Part shown: positions 1 to 13,950 of the stretch, one piece after another | How the letters are laid out: each line of letters opens with the position of its first letter | How positions within the stretch are numbered: position 1 is the stretch's first letter | DNA from: Camelus dromedarius | Taxonomy: Eukaryota | NCBI RefSeq assembly: GCF_036321535.1 | Contig: NC_087437.1 | Span: 8,618,001 to 8,682,000 of the forward strand | DNA: 64,000 bases | Direction of reading: 5' to 3' | Translations under genes and position numbers: made by a program | Notes under the pieces: generated by a model | The model's database searches: none | What the model was told of the DNA's origin: nothing | What the model saw: the letters and a program-made list of their open reading frames with translations, nothing else

Positions 1-829
1 TCATAGACAGCAGATGAGAGGCTGGAGAGCAGCTTGAATCCAGTCATTTTCACTAAAAGCAGCAAATAATGGGTATTAAACACTTAATTAAACAGAGACC
101 ATTCCAGATTGGAAGGGCTTCCACCACAGCTTTGCTGGAGCAAGTGTTCTGTTTGCATCTCCAAGGGAAAAACACTATTAAGTGATCCTTCTGTGAATTA
201 TGCAGAAAAGCTATTTTGATCTGCAAAACATCTTCCAAGCCCCCATGCATAAGTGGACACATGCTAGAGAAGTTAATGCTCTTACCCTCACATGAAACCA
301 TGAACATCACTGACAGAATTTCCTCTTTGTCAAATGCAGATGAACCAAGTTTGGGTGCGGGGAGGTCACTGGTATAGCAGAAGTGAAATTGTTTGGAACG
401 ATGGAAAAACTCAGTTCTATACTAGCTCTAGGTTTGGTTAGCTGTCCCACCTCAGACAAACCACAACTGTCTGGGCCTTAGCTTTCTCATCTTTATATTG
501 AAGGGGATGGAAAAAATAATCTCCAACAAATGACTTTTCTAATATTTTTGGATTTCAAGATTAAAAAAAACCAAAACTCAAACACATTTCTCTGGACTTC
601 ATGTTCTTTTCCCGTCGTCCCCCATGGGTTGGCCCAGAGCGATATGAGTGGCCATCTGAGGATTTACCACTTCGTGATTTATTATGTATTCCAGTTAAAA
701 GCGAAATCCATAAAAGAAACAACAGATAAGCACTGAATTCAGAAGCTTCTTCAAGTACAGTTTCAAGTTAATCCCTTTTCATCTAATTCAAAATATTTCT
801 TTCATCATTTATGGTACAATTTTATCTTT

Positions 830-1315
830 TTTTTCTATTCCACTATAGTTTATTACAAGATATTGAATATAGTTCCTTGTGCTATACAGTAGGATCTTGT
901 TTATCTATTTTATATATAGTGGTGTGGATCTGCTAATCCCAAACTCCTAATTTATCCCTCCCTTCTCCCTTCCCCTTTGGTAACTATAATTTGTTTTGTA
1001 TGTCTGTGTGTCTGTTTCTGTTTTGTAAATAAGTTCATTTGTATCATATTTTAGATTCCACATATACATGATATCATATGATGTTTGTCTTTCTCTGTCT
1101 GGCTTACTTCACTTAGAATGACCATCTACAGGCCCATCCATGTTGCTGCAAATGGCATTATTTTATTCTTTCTTATGGCTGAGTGGTATTCCATTGTATA
1201 TATACACCACATCTTTATCCTGTCATCTGTCGATGGACATTTAGGCTGTTTCCATGTCTTGGCTATTGTATATAGTGCTGCTGTGACCATTGAGGTGCAT
1301 GTGTCTTTCTGGATT
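830..1315 (-). mobile_element. L1 3' end (ORF2 C-terminus plus 3'UTR), 5'-truncated
   Basis: ORF 1126-1518 contains KDTCTSMVTAALYTIAKTWKQPKCPSTDD..MEYHSAIRKNKIMPFAATWMGL, the L1 ORF2 C-terminal motif. Confidence 0.95.
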
Positions 1316-1413
1316 AGCCCAGGGAAAGCTATTGAAGAAGGAGAGAACCATGGACACAGAGCCAGCAGTGACCATAGCAGGGCTGAAGGCTGCCTTGAAC
1401 TGGTGAACTGTGA

Positions 1414-1457
<44 letters not shown>
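1414..1457. repeat. (TG)n microsatellite
   Basis: Direct observation. Confidence 0.98.
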
Positions 1458-1459
<2 letters not shown>

Positions 1460-1959
1460 GGGACATCTGAAACACAGAATGGCCAGAGACAGCAGGGAGA
1501 AGGTAGAGTAGAGGACAACTATAATTGCTGCTTTGACATCTTGCCTGCATTGCCTTGAACAGCTTTGCGTGTCCATTTACTGATGAAAGTCCTGGTGAGG
1601 ACATGATGAAAACAGGTGTGAATTGACAACCACCCTCTCAAGCATTTACTTCTCTCTTTTTTCTTTTTTTCCTTTTTAGCTTCAGAATGAGAGTCTACCT
1701 TCTCCTTTCAATGCTCCTTCTTGGTAGGCATTTAAAAGGGGGACAGCAAATTTAAGGGATCGACAAGGGTTCCACAGTGTCTGTGACTCTTCCCACCCTT
1801 CTTCTTTCCTTAAATACACACGGACTGATGTCGACAGGGGCTTTTCTCACTCCAGGTCACAATGCATGTCACTAAACTAAATACCCGATACCCCACCATG
1901 GACATGAGCTCACGGGCTAAACTAAGTGAACCTCTGGGGAGAAGAATAACTCTATGAAG

Positions 1960-3310
1960 AAAGACAAGATATTGAACAACATATTTAATCAGCAGCACAA
2001 TTGTTTGAACAGACTGGCAGAGAATTTAAATTTAAAATAATGTATTTAAAGAGCTAAAGAAATATAAGAATGTCCAAGAAAAAATATAAAGGAGATAATA
2101 AGTTTAATATGAAAATAACACCGATACAACACTATAATTATGCTAAATATTAGAATGGGCATAGCTAAAGAATGAGTTAGTGAATTGGAAGACAACATTG
2201 AAAAGTGTCTCAGAAAAGAGCACAAAAACCAGAAAATCATTTAAAACAGAAGAGAAATGCTAAAAATATGGAGGATGTAAATATTCAACGTCTGCATAAT
2301 AGTTTTGAAAGGAATTTTTAAAAAATGGAAAGTGGGGACATTTTTCAAAAATAAAGATGAATGAAGGGCATACATTGGCAGGAATTAGGGTGCCCAGTGG
2401 GGACATGATGAATACCTATACCTAGACATATTATACTGAAACACAAGACTCTCAGGGATAGAGAGAAAATTCTAAAACGTTCCCAGAGAGAAGACTACTG
2501 TCTAAAAAAGCAAGAATTATATGTCTATTAAACATTTCAACAACAGCTATGGATGCAAGAAAAAAGATTTTTTAAAGTACTGAAGGAAAGAACTTTGATT
2601 TAGATCTTATGACAAGTCAAATTTTCATTTAAATCTGTGAGTATAGTAGAAATATTCTTAAATGTACCATGCCTCGGGATGTTTGCCACTCTAAATCCCA
2701 CACTGAAAGCACTCTGGAAAGAGAAACTTGAATAAGAAGGAAAAATAGTCCAAGTGACTCTGCAAGAGATATGGGCAGTAAAGATGATCAAATCACATAG
2801 ATTAATATGCATATAGTGATATCATGGGGAGGAGAAAAGGACAAAGATAGGTACAGAATTGAATCTAGACATGATCAACATGTAAGTGGTGATCAGATGT
2901 CCACCTGACACATTAACATTTGTGTTAAATTAGGTGAAAGATATATATTGATAAGTTTAAAGTTCTGTGGGGGTTTGTAAACAGAAGTCCAACTGCCATA
3001 AGAACAAAGAAACAACGTGTAACTTTTTAGAAAATAAGATTAAAAAAAATCTGTCCAATGTAAGCAGAAATAAAAGCTATAAGGCAAGTACAGAAATGGA
3101 AAATGTGAAATGATATACTAAAATAATTTATATGTCCTAATAGAACAGTAATTCCAATAAATAAAAATGGATTAAACTCACCTGTTCAATGATAAAGATT
3201 TTTCTTACTGGGTTAAAGAAACAGGACCCCAAAATATGTTGTTGACATGAGACAAACAATAAGAAAATGAATAGAAGACTTGAAAATGAAAGTAGAAAAA
3301 GATTATCAGG
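1960..3310 (+). mobile_element. Old L1 (L1M-type) ORF1 to ORF2-start fragment
   Basis: A-rich strand with ORF1-like 'gttagtgaattggaagacaac' and endonuclease-start-like 'aaatggattaaactcacctgttc'. Confidence 0.75.
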
Positions 3311-3369
3311 AGGTGGTGGGAACGGGGTGGGGAGTGGATTCTAACATGAGCAGCAGCGGGGCTGACGTG

Positions 3370-3840
3370 GGAATCACTGTACTAGGTAGACTCTGGGGAA
3401 GGAGCAGACCAAAAATTCAGTCTGGTTTATGTTCGGTTTGAAGTAGCTTTAAGATCGCCATGAGGAAGTGTCAGTTAAAATGCACGTGCTGGCTGGAGAC
3501 ATCACTTTGAAAGCCACTGGAACATACAGGACTCACAGAAACGTAACCATAGATAAGATACTGAAGAGAGTTGAAAGTAACCACAGAAGTAGTTTACCCA
3601 TCAGGAACTCAAACAGAGCAGTTGGATAATGAAGAAAGAAGTAGGAAAGAGACCTCAAGGAGGGGACAGAGAGAAGAGAGGAAAACTTAGAGACAGAACT
3701 GATTTCTCCTAAAGTCAGGGGAAGGAAATGATCCAAGAAGGGAAGGTGGCAGCCTTGTGGGATGTCGCTGAGAGGTAAAGGGAAGATGGGGACTGAAAAA
3801 TGTTCTTGGAATTTAGAGACACGGCAGTCCCTGGTGACAG
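3370..3840 (-). mobile_element. L2 fragment
   Basis: Purine-rich L2 antisense signature (aattcagtctggtttatgttcggtttgaag). Confidence 0.7.
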
Positions 3841-3899
3841 TTAACTATGCGTAAACCCACTGTTTTATTATGATTCTGGATTCTGCATAATCTAGGAAT

Positions 3900-4370
3900 G
3901 CAGATGAATAAGATAACTGCAGATGGTTGCTTGTCTCTGCTCCGCCTTGTCTGGGGCTCTGCTGGAACGTCTTGATACCAGGAGTGACTCCACGGCTGGA
4001 ATCTGGAATTGTCTGCAGGTGCCCACACTAACGTATCTTCTGCTTGAGGAGTTGGGCTGGGAGACTGGGACGGTTAAACCCCGGTGACCACATGTGGCCT
4101 CTCCTTGTAGCTTGGTTTGCTTTCCCCACAGTGGGGTGGCTTCAAGGTAAACGGACATTTTACATGGAGACTCAGGGCTCTGAGCTCTATGTCTTCAGAG
4201 AGCAAGGTGGGAGCTCCCCTTATCAGGCCTGGTCTTGGAAGTCACCACATTCTGTTGGTTACAGATGAGTCACAAGCCTGCTCAGATTCCAAGGGAGAGG
4301 GCACTGGCCTCGCCTCCCTCCTAGACGGGGTCAGAGTCCTTGTGGACATGTTTTCAGAGAATTCTGGAGA
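3900..4370 (-). mobile_element. MLT1 (MaLR) LTR
   Basis: gagtcacaagcctgctcagattccaagggagagg and gcctggtcttggaagtcac motifs. Confidence 0.75.
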
Positions 4371-6317
4371 CTTCAATCGTAGTATCAGGGGCCCAGACGA
4401 ATAGGGGTTGCCAGATGAGTAGGTAGTGAGAGGTCCCCCTTGAGCACAGATTAATTCTATGATTAAAATAAAGAAAAACTTAGCATTTATTAGATTCTGA
4501 TACAAAGGAGACAGAAAGACTAGTAAAGAACTTCAGTATCTTCCAAGATTGGAGCAGCTGATTTGAGCCTGCATCTGGAAACTGTAACTGCACCCTCAGG
4601 CTTTGAATCAAGCATCTTAAAATATCTCCCAAGGAGTTTTCTAAAAATTAACCTACAGACTCCTAGTATAGGAAGTGGAAATGATTACCACATCCAATTA
4701 GCAGACAGGGCATGGGAGGGTAAATAACACTTCTGTGGGTGCTCAGTTGACCCTGGCAGTGTCAAAAACAAAAGCAATGCTCAGGATTGGTCTGTGTGGT
4801 CCTTGTGTGTGAACAGATGTGCACAGGATAGTCAATCAAATCTCGTCCTTATAAACAGTGTTGTCCTAACTTCCTCAACAACGCCAAGTTCCTTTTCTAA
4901 CTTTAGATTCTGTTTCACATTTATAATAGCCTTTAAAATTTGCATATATAAAATATACATTACATCTGTATTTCTAGATCATTGGAACTGTTGACAGAGC
5001 TATAAATATTCAGCTAATATCACATCTTGAAAGAATAAGCAGAAATTTGCAGCAGAATAACTTCAACATCTTTAAAACTCAGCAGTTATTTTTTCTTCCA
5101 TTGTTTAGTTAAAGCTCCCAAAGCTCAGTTAGATAAACAAATGTTTTTCTGTTTGTTTGCCATAAAACTGATCACAAAATGATTTTTAAACTACTAATGA
5201 CATTAGCTAAAATTTGGCCCTGGCCGTGATTCACAAATTTATTCTTTTATTCATTCACTTATTTGTTCTCTTACTCGATAGTTATAAATTGCATGTTTAC
5301 CTTTTTGTGTATCTTTTGCTCCCTACTGTTTAAAAAGTAACTTTTAAGTTTTAGAATAGTTTTAGATTTACAGAAAAGTTACAAAGGTACCACTCATATA
5401 CTTCACACCCAGTTCCCCACTGTTGTTTTTTTTTAATGTTTAGAAAGAAAATATTACTGTTATGGAACCTCCAGAAATTCCTCTCTGACTCCCAGATATC
5501 ACTGCTTTCTGTGCAAATCATCCCTGTAACAAGGGTGATTTTCATTTTCATATATCTGATTACAGTATTTCTACATGTCTTGTGGATTAAGAGAATTTCC
5601 CTTCTTCCTTTCCCATTCAAATAACTTTTAATTTTTGTCTTTTTTTCAAAGAAGATAAATTTGAATCAAGTGTTAAATTGATTGGAAAGGAGACAGACCA
5701 TTAAGGAATTCATTTTAAAATCTAAGTTTTCGATATATGAAGTTATAATTCAGTTTTCTAACCAAGCAAAGAGTGTGCGGATATGCTTTATATTTGTAAT
5801 TATTTAGGTTATGACAGAAAGTTGATTGAAGTAAAATATCTGCAGAAAGAGGAGAGGAAGGACTTAACTCTGGTAGATTTTTGATTGGCTGTTGGTTCCC
5901 CCGAGGTCATGCTGCTGGGTGAGGGGGTGGGTTTATAAGGAGCTAAGCCTGCATCCAGGTAGGAGCCCACCCCACTGAGTAGAGCTAGCACTGCTGTCCC
6001 ACTGCTCTCCGACGATGGGGTAACATCCTGAAGAGTTGATTACTCATGATCTAGGTGAGTGGGTCTCAAATTGTGGTGTGCTTCAGAGTCAAGGGGAGAG
6101 GCATGTAGGGTCCTGCAGATCTTCAGACTCTTGAATTCTTCCCGCCAGGGCATCTGATAGTGTGGGGTGTTGCCTAGGATCCTGTATTGGTCTCATTTTA
6201 ATTGGTGGGTTCTGAGGACCACACTGTCTCGGTGCTTCTGTTTGGGAGGACGTTTGCTTTCATCAAGTCGGACCAGTTCTTGAGCTAAACTTAACTATGT
6301 GCAAGGCCACATCATCT

Positions 6318-6396
6318 TTTTTTGTTTTATTGAAGTACAGTCAGTTACAATGTGTCAGTTTCTGGTGTATAGCACAATGTCCCAGTCATGTATGTA

Positions 6397-6429
<33 letters not shown>

Positions 6430-7060
6430 TTTCATATTTTTTCATTTAAAGATTTTACAAGATATTGTATATAGTTCCCTGTGCTATCCAGAAGAAATTT
6501 GTTTTTTTAAAATCTATTTTTAATATGTAGTGGCTAACATTTGCAAATCTCAAACTCCCAGATTTATCCCTTCCCACTCCTTTCCCCCAGTAACCATAAG
6601 GTTGTTTACTATGTCTACGAGTCTGTTTCTGTTTTGTAGATGAGTTCATTAATGGCCTCTTTTTTTTTCTTTTTTTAGATTCCACATATGAATGATGTCA
6701 TGTGGTATTTTTCTTTTCCTGACTTACTTCACTTAGAATGATGATGTCTAGGTCCATCCATGTTGCTGCAAATGGCATTATTTTATTCTTTTTTATGGCT
6801 GAGTAGTATTCCATTGTATAAATAGACCACAACTTCTATATCCAGTCCTCTGTCAATGGACATTTAGGCTGTTTCCATGTCTTGGCTGTTGTAAATAGTG
6901 CTGCTATGAATATTGGGGTGCATGTATCTTTTGGAATTAGCGATCCCTCTGGATATATGCCCAGGAGTGGGATTGCTGGGTCATAGGATAAGTCTATTTT
7001 TAGTTTTTTCGAGGAACCTCCATACTGTTTTCAAAATGGGTGTACCAGCAGTGCAGGAGG
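6318..7060 (-). mobile_element. Young lineage-specific L1 3' end
   Basis: T-rich start, 'attgaagtacagtcagttacaatgtg', ORF2 C-terminus in antisense, imperfect TSD cacatcat(tat)ctt. Confidence 0.92.
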
Positions 7061-7254
7061 GCACATCATTATCTTGAAGAAGAAATCAGAGTCTATCCTG
7101 CTGTTCGTGGACACTACCTCTGCATTATGTGCTTCCCATTTTTACAGAAACCCCATGTCTGTACAAGATGACAGAAATTAGGAGCTGAATAAAGACAATG
7201 GAGCTAGAAAGAAAAAGCCCCTGAAATGACAGATGTTGTGGAGGCAAAGTCTAT

Positions 7255-7955
7255 AGACCATTAATGAATGAGAAGACTAGCCACAGACTGGGAGAAAATA
7301 TTTGCAAAAGACACAACTGACAAAGGACTGATACCCAAAATGCACAAAGAACTCTTAAAACTCAGCAGTAAGAAAATGAACAACTCAATTTACAAATGAG
7401 CCAAAGCCCTTAACAGACACCTCACCAAAGATGATATACAGATGGCAAATAAGCATATGAAAAGACACTCCACACCTGGTCGTCAGGGAAATGCATATTA
7501 AAACAAAGAAATACCACTATGCACCTATTAGATTGGCCAAAACCCCAAACACTGCCAGCGCCAAATGCGTGCAAACTCATTGCTAGTGGGAATGCAAAAT
7601 GGTACAGCCACTTTGGAAGATGGTTTGGCGGTTTCTTACACAATTAAATATATCCTTACTATTCAGTCCTGCAGTTGTGTACCTTGGTATTTACCCAAAA
7701 GATTGGAAAACCCATGTCTGTACAAGCGGCACAAGAATGTTTGTAGCAGCTTTACTCATAATTACCAAAACTTGGAAGCAACTAAGATGTCCTTCAGTGG
7801 GTAAGTGGGTAAAAAGACTGTGGCACATCAGAGTACAAAGATTGGTGGTTGAAAGGGGTGGTGGGGAGGGAGGGATGAACAGGTGGAAACAGAGGAATTT
7901 TAGGGCAGTGAAAATGCCTTGTGTGATACCATAATAATGGATACATGCCATCAGA
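7255..7955 (+). mobile_element. Old L1 ORF2 3' fragment
   Basis: ORF 7599-7934 MVQPLWKMVWRFL..LGIYPK..FVAALLIITKTWKQLRCPSVGKW matches L1 ORF2. Confidence 0.92.
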
Positions 7956-8886
7956 CATTAAAAAAAAAAAATCTGCAGCCACTAACAGCTTGACAGCTGA
8001 CTGATTGCTTGCAGGAACTGGAAGGTAAATACCAGAGATGAGTAGGAATTTGCCAGCCTTGTACCTGGGAGGGTGCTAGCCCACCAAGGGAAAAACGCTG
8101 TTTTGTAAATTTCAACATGCCATGCAATTGGAAGCTATCATTTCACTGCAAAAAACATGTGAGCACAAAACCCACTGCTATTGCCGTGAGCTGAAATGTC
8201 CCATAAGAGCAATTTCTTATTCCACAATTTGTTTTAAAGGGATTTCGGAGTCTCTCAGAGTGAAAACAATATTTGATAGCAGTGAAGTGGATGAGAGGAA
8301 CTGAATTATGATTTTATGTATGTAATTTTAAATTCACATTTTGTGGTATGGCTCACATCACTTTATTCACCACGTCACAAAACGAGACGTTTGTTTATTA
8401 CTCAAAATATACACTTGTTTTTCAAATAATGGATGATTTAGAGCTTAAGGAGGAAGAGAGAAAGAGAGAAAGGGTGTGTTTGTATCGGGGTTGGGTTTTT
8501 CATAGGGAAACAGTGACTTAGATGCCTGTTCATTCAGTTATTACTGGGTAAGAGTGTTAAGATTCTCCCCAAAGAAGGTAAATTAAGGAAAGTTAGGGCT
8601 GGCTGTCCTCGAGAAGTTTAAGAAGGCCAGAAGGGAAAAAAAAAATTTCACAGATAAAATAGCAAAGTAAACTCTGATTTTCATTGTTAATATTCACTCC
8701 TCATTTTGATCTCCACCCTTCCCCCCACCCCCACTGCATTTATTAAAAGCAAAGCGATATAAAATGCCAAAGAGCCTTATAAACTCTATCCTACCAGTTA
8801 CACAAGAATCTGGTTAAAGGGACACATGGCATCAACAAGAATGGCTAATTATGTCAAATTACAGCTTTAAAATCCCAAACGGGAAA

Positions 8887-8916
<30 letters not shown>
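8887..8916. repeat. (AATC)7 microsatellite
   Basis: Direct observation. Confidence 0.95.
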
Positions 8917-8917
<1 letters not shown>

Positions 8918-9227
8918 TGCCAAACGAGACGTCACTTCAGTTTAAGTCCTGTTCAGGCCTCGGCTGGGTTTCTACTAGAGAAACTGCTCTTTAAATCGGA
9001 TTTGAACGTTTAGCTAGGGAGGGAAGGAAAGAGACTCCCAGCTGAAGGACGGGATTAGTGTCAGCCGCACGGCGTGACCTTTGATAGACATCCACGTCCA
9101 TCTCTGGTCGCCAAGGAATTACTGCAGAATTGTGATATGAGAGGGACTGATGCTATTCCTGTATCCCAGGGGTCTCATTTTTCTCAGATATTTACCTAAG
9201 GCAGGGTTTAGGATTTTATAGGTAGAT

Positions 9228-9710
9228 ACTGTTTCCGTTAGAATTGTTGTGAAACAAAATGCCCCAAAACGTAGTGCCTTAAAATCCCGACTGGTCATTA
9301 TTTCCCAGAAGTCTCTGGTACGGCTGGGCAGATCCAGGCTGGACTTGGCTGAAACAGTAGACACCCCCTCCTCAGTCCTGTGCTTGCAGTCACTTGGCTG
9401 GGAGCTGGCTGGTCTGGGAGCCAGGGTGACTCTGCTCTGTTTGGTGTCATCCAGCAGACAGCCAAAGCTTTTTCTGGTACCAGTGGAGAGATTCCAAGAG
9501 ATATTGTGAAAATGCACAAGGCCTCCTGAGGCCTGGGCTTGGAATTCGCCATATGGACCCTTCCACTTTCATGAGCCAAAGCAAGTCACAGAGCCAGCCC
9601 GATTCAAAGGGTGGGGGAATAAAGACTCCAGATCTTGATGGGAAGAGATGCAAAGTCACATTTCCAGGGATGTGCAGACAGGGAGGCGTGGAGAATTGGA
9701 GAACTGTTTT
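9228..9710 (-). mobile_element. MLT1 LTR
   Basis: ccaaaacgtagtgccttaaaa.. and caaagcaagtcacagagccagcccgattcaaagggtggggg. Confidence 0.8.
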
Positions 9711-9929
9711 TTCCCAATTTTCCCAAGACACCTCCTCCTTTAACCAAACTGCCCAGTATTATATAAGGTCTTTGCACGCACTCTTTACTTTTTTCATGGG
9801 CTGTCGGTTTTCCCAGCAAGAAGCACACCTATTCTTTTCACAATTTCTTCCACAAATTGTATTTTTTTTCACAAATAACTGCAAGCACTTGCTTTCATTT
9901 TTTCAAATAATATTTTTTTACTCCAATTA

Positions 9930-10870
9930 TTAACATAAGCCCTCCACTTTTCGTGGCCATCATTTTCCCGTTGCACAAACTTTCTAGACGATAATGAACA
10001 TTCATTTGACATTCCTGAGCAGGCTTACATTAATTTTAGTTCCCCATTGAATTTCAAACAGGAACCTCCACATCGACGTTAAAAAATATTAGCATTCACA
10101 GTGGCAGCGCAATCTGCTGAGGCGTGGATTGCTGCTCTGACTCGCCACATCTTTCCCCTGGTTCTTTTTTTAGAAAGAGCAAAGCAGAGGGATTTGGCAG
10201 GGCAATTCAAGCTGCCACTCAGCAGCTCCAGAGACAGAAGGCTCGCTTGGACCAAATTGTGTTCGAACCGGCAGCAAATCCTTCGTTCAAGGTCTTTCTG
10301 CAGAAAGGCAACGCGAGCAGGGCCCCTCACCCTCACCGATGTCTGTCCTGTGTGTTGGAGATAACTTCCCAGCCATAAAACGGCAGCCACTTTCAATTTT
10401 TTCTGAATGCTTCTAAAAAAGCTCCTCTTTAATCTGTTCTTTTGCCCCCAATAAGATTTTCCCTCTTTGTTGTGTGCAATAATGCAGTCAGTGAAAAGAA
10501 GCCAAGCTTCTGATCGAGGTGTGGTGGGATAACTTTGTTCTGAAACGGATTTATTATTTTTTTTTAAATTGAAGCTTTGTGCCCTTTATGGACCAGGCAG
10601 TGTGCAGTAGGGACAATTTCCTTCTGCAGCTATTTTCCACCCCTTCAGCCTCGCTTATTTTTATCATGTCCCATCACCATTATTACCCATTATATTTATA
10701 TATGTGTTGAGCCGGCTGACTTGCTCAGTGTCTATAAAGGTGTAATGAGCAATTTGGGTTAATGATTTTCTGCAGCTGCTCGAAACAGTTGGTATTAACG
10801 TCATCGTTTACGCCTTCCAAAGAAATGTGAACGAGGCATCAGATGTGGACCGCGTTGGCTTTGCCTGTGG
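9930..10870. promoter_or_regulatory. Repeat-free, enhancer-like unique block (candidate conserved non-coding element)
   Basis: About 0.9 kb without TE remnants, with several retained CpGs and TAAT, TGACA and CAGCTG motifs, and no credible ORF. Conservation cannot be tested here. Confidence 0.45.
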
Positions 10871-11169
10871 AGGAAGGAAGTAGAAGCGTGGATGAGGGTG
10901 TGTGTGTGGAGTAACAGTTCATGCATCTTTTATGCCTTGATTGGAGGGATGCTGGTGGTGCAGTGCAGCCTGTCTCAAAGAATCCCCAGCGTTGAGGGAG
11001 AAAACTGATTCACAACAAACAGACCTATTTGCATTGCCATCTTGATTAAAGGGGATTGCTTTAACAGAATTGAGAGTTAATTTTTACACAGTTGTGTAAT
11101 TTACAGATGAACTTTGAAAGAACAGAAAACCAATGCCTATCATCTCTCTTTAGGGAGGAAAGAAGCTGG

Positions 11170-11410
11170 TGCAGAGAGAACATTGGATGGGAAATAGAGC
11201 AACTGGGTTCAATGTTTCTACTCGGCAGCGTTGTAGCTGTGTAACCTTGAGCCTGACTTTAACTTGAGCTTGAGTTTAACGTCTCTGAGACTCAGTTCCC
11301 TTTGCAGTCAAAGTGGGAAAACTGATTACCTCCTAGGAGGGTTTCAGGAAAAAGGGAGAAAAGCATGTGGATGCATAGTTTGTAGTGGCATGCAAGTGTT
11401 AGTTGTTAGT
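11170..11410 (+). mobile_element. MIR
   Basis: tagctgtgtaaccttgagc..ctcagttccctttgcagtcaaagtggg core. Confidence 0.75.
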
Positions 11411-12364
11411 ATATACATTTTCAGAGGTCTTTTCATTAGATTATGTGCCCAGATACAAATCAGGACATTTCTCTGCACTTGGAGAGGGCGTTTGACCTCT
11501 TCACATGTTCTCAGCCCATCATCTAAACTCCTGCTGATGTTAATTCATACTTTGAGACTTCCCCTTTCTTGATTCCTGGCTCCCTCCGTATTCTGGAAGT
11601 GGTGTAATCTAGTGACTATTTTGCTCTGTGTTGGTTATTTTCATATTTTAGGACTCCAGAACTTGACAGGTAAGTAATTTATATCTGGCCGCCTGCAGGC
11701 TCACATAGGGAAGACAGATGGATACAAAATTTTGAATGAGAAACTTTTTTCTGAATTCCTTCTAGTTCTGTCTTCCTCTCTCAAATATACACGTGATGTG
11801 TGTGGATTCGTTAATACCCTCTCCTTTTATACCTGCTCCCCTCCCCTTTATAATATCCTGTGCTCTGGGTCCTCTTTGATTTCCTTATACCACCCTCAGT
11901 CTACGTCCTCTCTAATGGTAGAGACCGTGCCCCCATCTTTAGTTCGCATTTGCATCCCAGAACCAGACATGCATTGGGCTTGCTAAACGGACAGACATGG
12001 CAATTGAGGAGACTGCCAATCTGCTCAGTTAATTGGAGCTAAAGGGTTAATTAGTGTAAATGATTTCAGAATTGTGTCTCCCAGACTTCAAATTTGCCTT
12101 CTGGCTGGCACCTTACAAAGTCATAATCTGTAGAAGTGGCAGATGGTGGGAAAGCTTTAAAGCCCTGGGGCAGGCCTTGAGGGTGAAGGAGGTGGGCATA
12201 TGTTTCTGGATAGGTAACCCTGAGATGCTGTTCTCATAGTTTCATTAGGGCTGAAGGCACAAACTGGTACGTCTTTAATTGAAGAGATGGAAACTTTTGC
12301 CCCCTCCCCTCATCACCCAAAAAGTTGCTTGGAGCTTTCACTATTTTATAAATGCTCTGAAAAC

Positions 12365-12620
12365 TAATGACCTAATATTTATTGAGCCCCAGTTTTGGCA
12401 GACACTGCTGAAGGAGCTTGGCATATATAATTAAATGCTAATGAACTATTCTATATGTAGGTGCTGTTGTTGTTGTTTTTTTTTTAAATTTCTCCTTTAT
12501 GGATGGGGAAGCCAAGGAGCAGAGAGATTAATAAGTTGCATAAAATTACGGTCAGTGAATGGAAGAGCCAGGAATCAGACTCGGGTGTTTTTGGCCCCAG
12601 ATTCTATGATGTTAATTAAC
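12365..12620 (-). mobile_element. MIR (between the TM-like and TIR-like remnants of unit 4)
   Basis: ttatggatggggaagccaaggagcagagagattaataagttgc..ggaagagccaggaatcagactc. Confidence 0.75.
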
Positions 12621-13224
12621 ACACTGTAATGGATAAGAGCACAGAAAAATCTCTTTTCACAGGATGCTGAGATAGATATTTCCCAGAGATGTGGAGCAGA
12701 CAGCAGTGACTAACAAATTGCTACAGGTCTTCATGGCAACAATGAGAACTATGCTTGGACCATAAGAATTGAGAGTGCCTAGGTGCCCTTCCACGGGGGA
12801 AGGAGCCTGAAATTGCTAACAGCAGTTCCCTAGAGACAGTGCCTCTGTGTTCTGCAGGACAAGAGTGTCAGAATCTACATAAAAACATCCTTGGGTGCAG
12901 TACAGATGTTTTAGAGGTGCAGTGGAGAGAGGAGTTTTCACAATCAGGCAAACTGGTGACATCCTTTGAAAAGAGAGAACGAGGTAAGAATGTATACTTG
13001 AATAAAATGCCTCTCTGCACCCCATGGAGGTGGGCTGGGGGGGTTCTCTTAATTAAGATCTATATTGCCTTGGAGAAGTACTCCTGGTCTAATTTGTCTC
13101 ACACACGAATAATTAACAGGGCCCTCCAGTTCCTTGCTGTATGACTATATGTATGATTGCACATATGTGTATAAATATGTATGTATACATAGGTGTGACT
13201 ATAGTCACTTTTACTTGGAAGACT

Positions 13225-13950
13225 GTTTCGGTTACTCTAGCTGCTATCAATTATCCCTAAACTCACTGGCTTAAACAAGCATAATCGTTTATTATCTGTC
13301 ACATCCTCCTTGGGTAGGATTTCGGGAGTGGCTCAGACGGGCGGTTCTAGTGTGGCACCTCTCAGGAAGTTACCATCTGACCATGGTCGGGACTGAGGTC
13401 ATTTCATGCCCTCACTCTCCTGTCTGGCGCTGGGGTTGGGAAGACAAACAGCTGGGAGCTAGAGTGGCATGTGAGGGCCAACTGTTAAATGCTCCCCTTG
13501 TGAGCAGAGTTCTAAACTTCTGGTAGCTTAAGATAGAACACGGTGGGAGTAGTTGTACCATGGAAATCAGCAAATGTGATACATTTTTGTTTATCAGAGA
13601 GCTGTTTCACCCGCTCACCACTAGGGGCCCTGTGGGCATCTCTTTCTATCTTTATGTAGTTTCTCCATGTAATATCCTCAGTGTGATAGCTTCAAGGTGG
13701 CTGGACTTTTTACACACCAATTCTGAACTCCCAAGGCGCACACCCTAAGCAAGGAGACAGCTGAGAGTATACGGCTTTTTATGACTTAGCCTTGGAAGTC
13801 ACGCAGCATTGTTTCCATTGCAGTCCCAGGACCTCCCAGATTCAAGAAGAGGGAACATAGACTCCACCCTGGGATGGGGGAGTGTCAAAATCACTATGAA
13901 GAACAGTTTGTAGATGGGAGACCTTGTTGAGGTGATCTTTGGAGAAACAA
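13225..13950 (-). mobile_element. MLT1 LTR with a nested MER63-like hAT element (~13455-13625)
   Basis: MLT1 motifs on both sides. Internal ggtagcttaagatagaacacggtgggagtagttgtaccatggaaatcagcaaatg matches the MER63 core. Confidence 0.7.

Noticed and set aside
8870..8930. (AATC)7 as a PBX-site array with flanking aaat(c/g)ccaaacg repeats
   Set aside because: Indistinguishable from an ordinary tetranucleotide microsatellite without conservation data.
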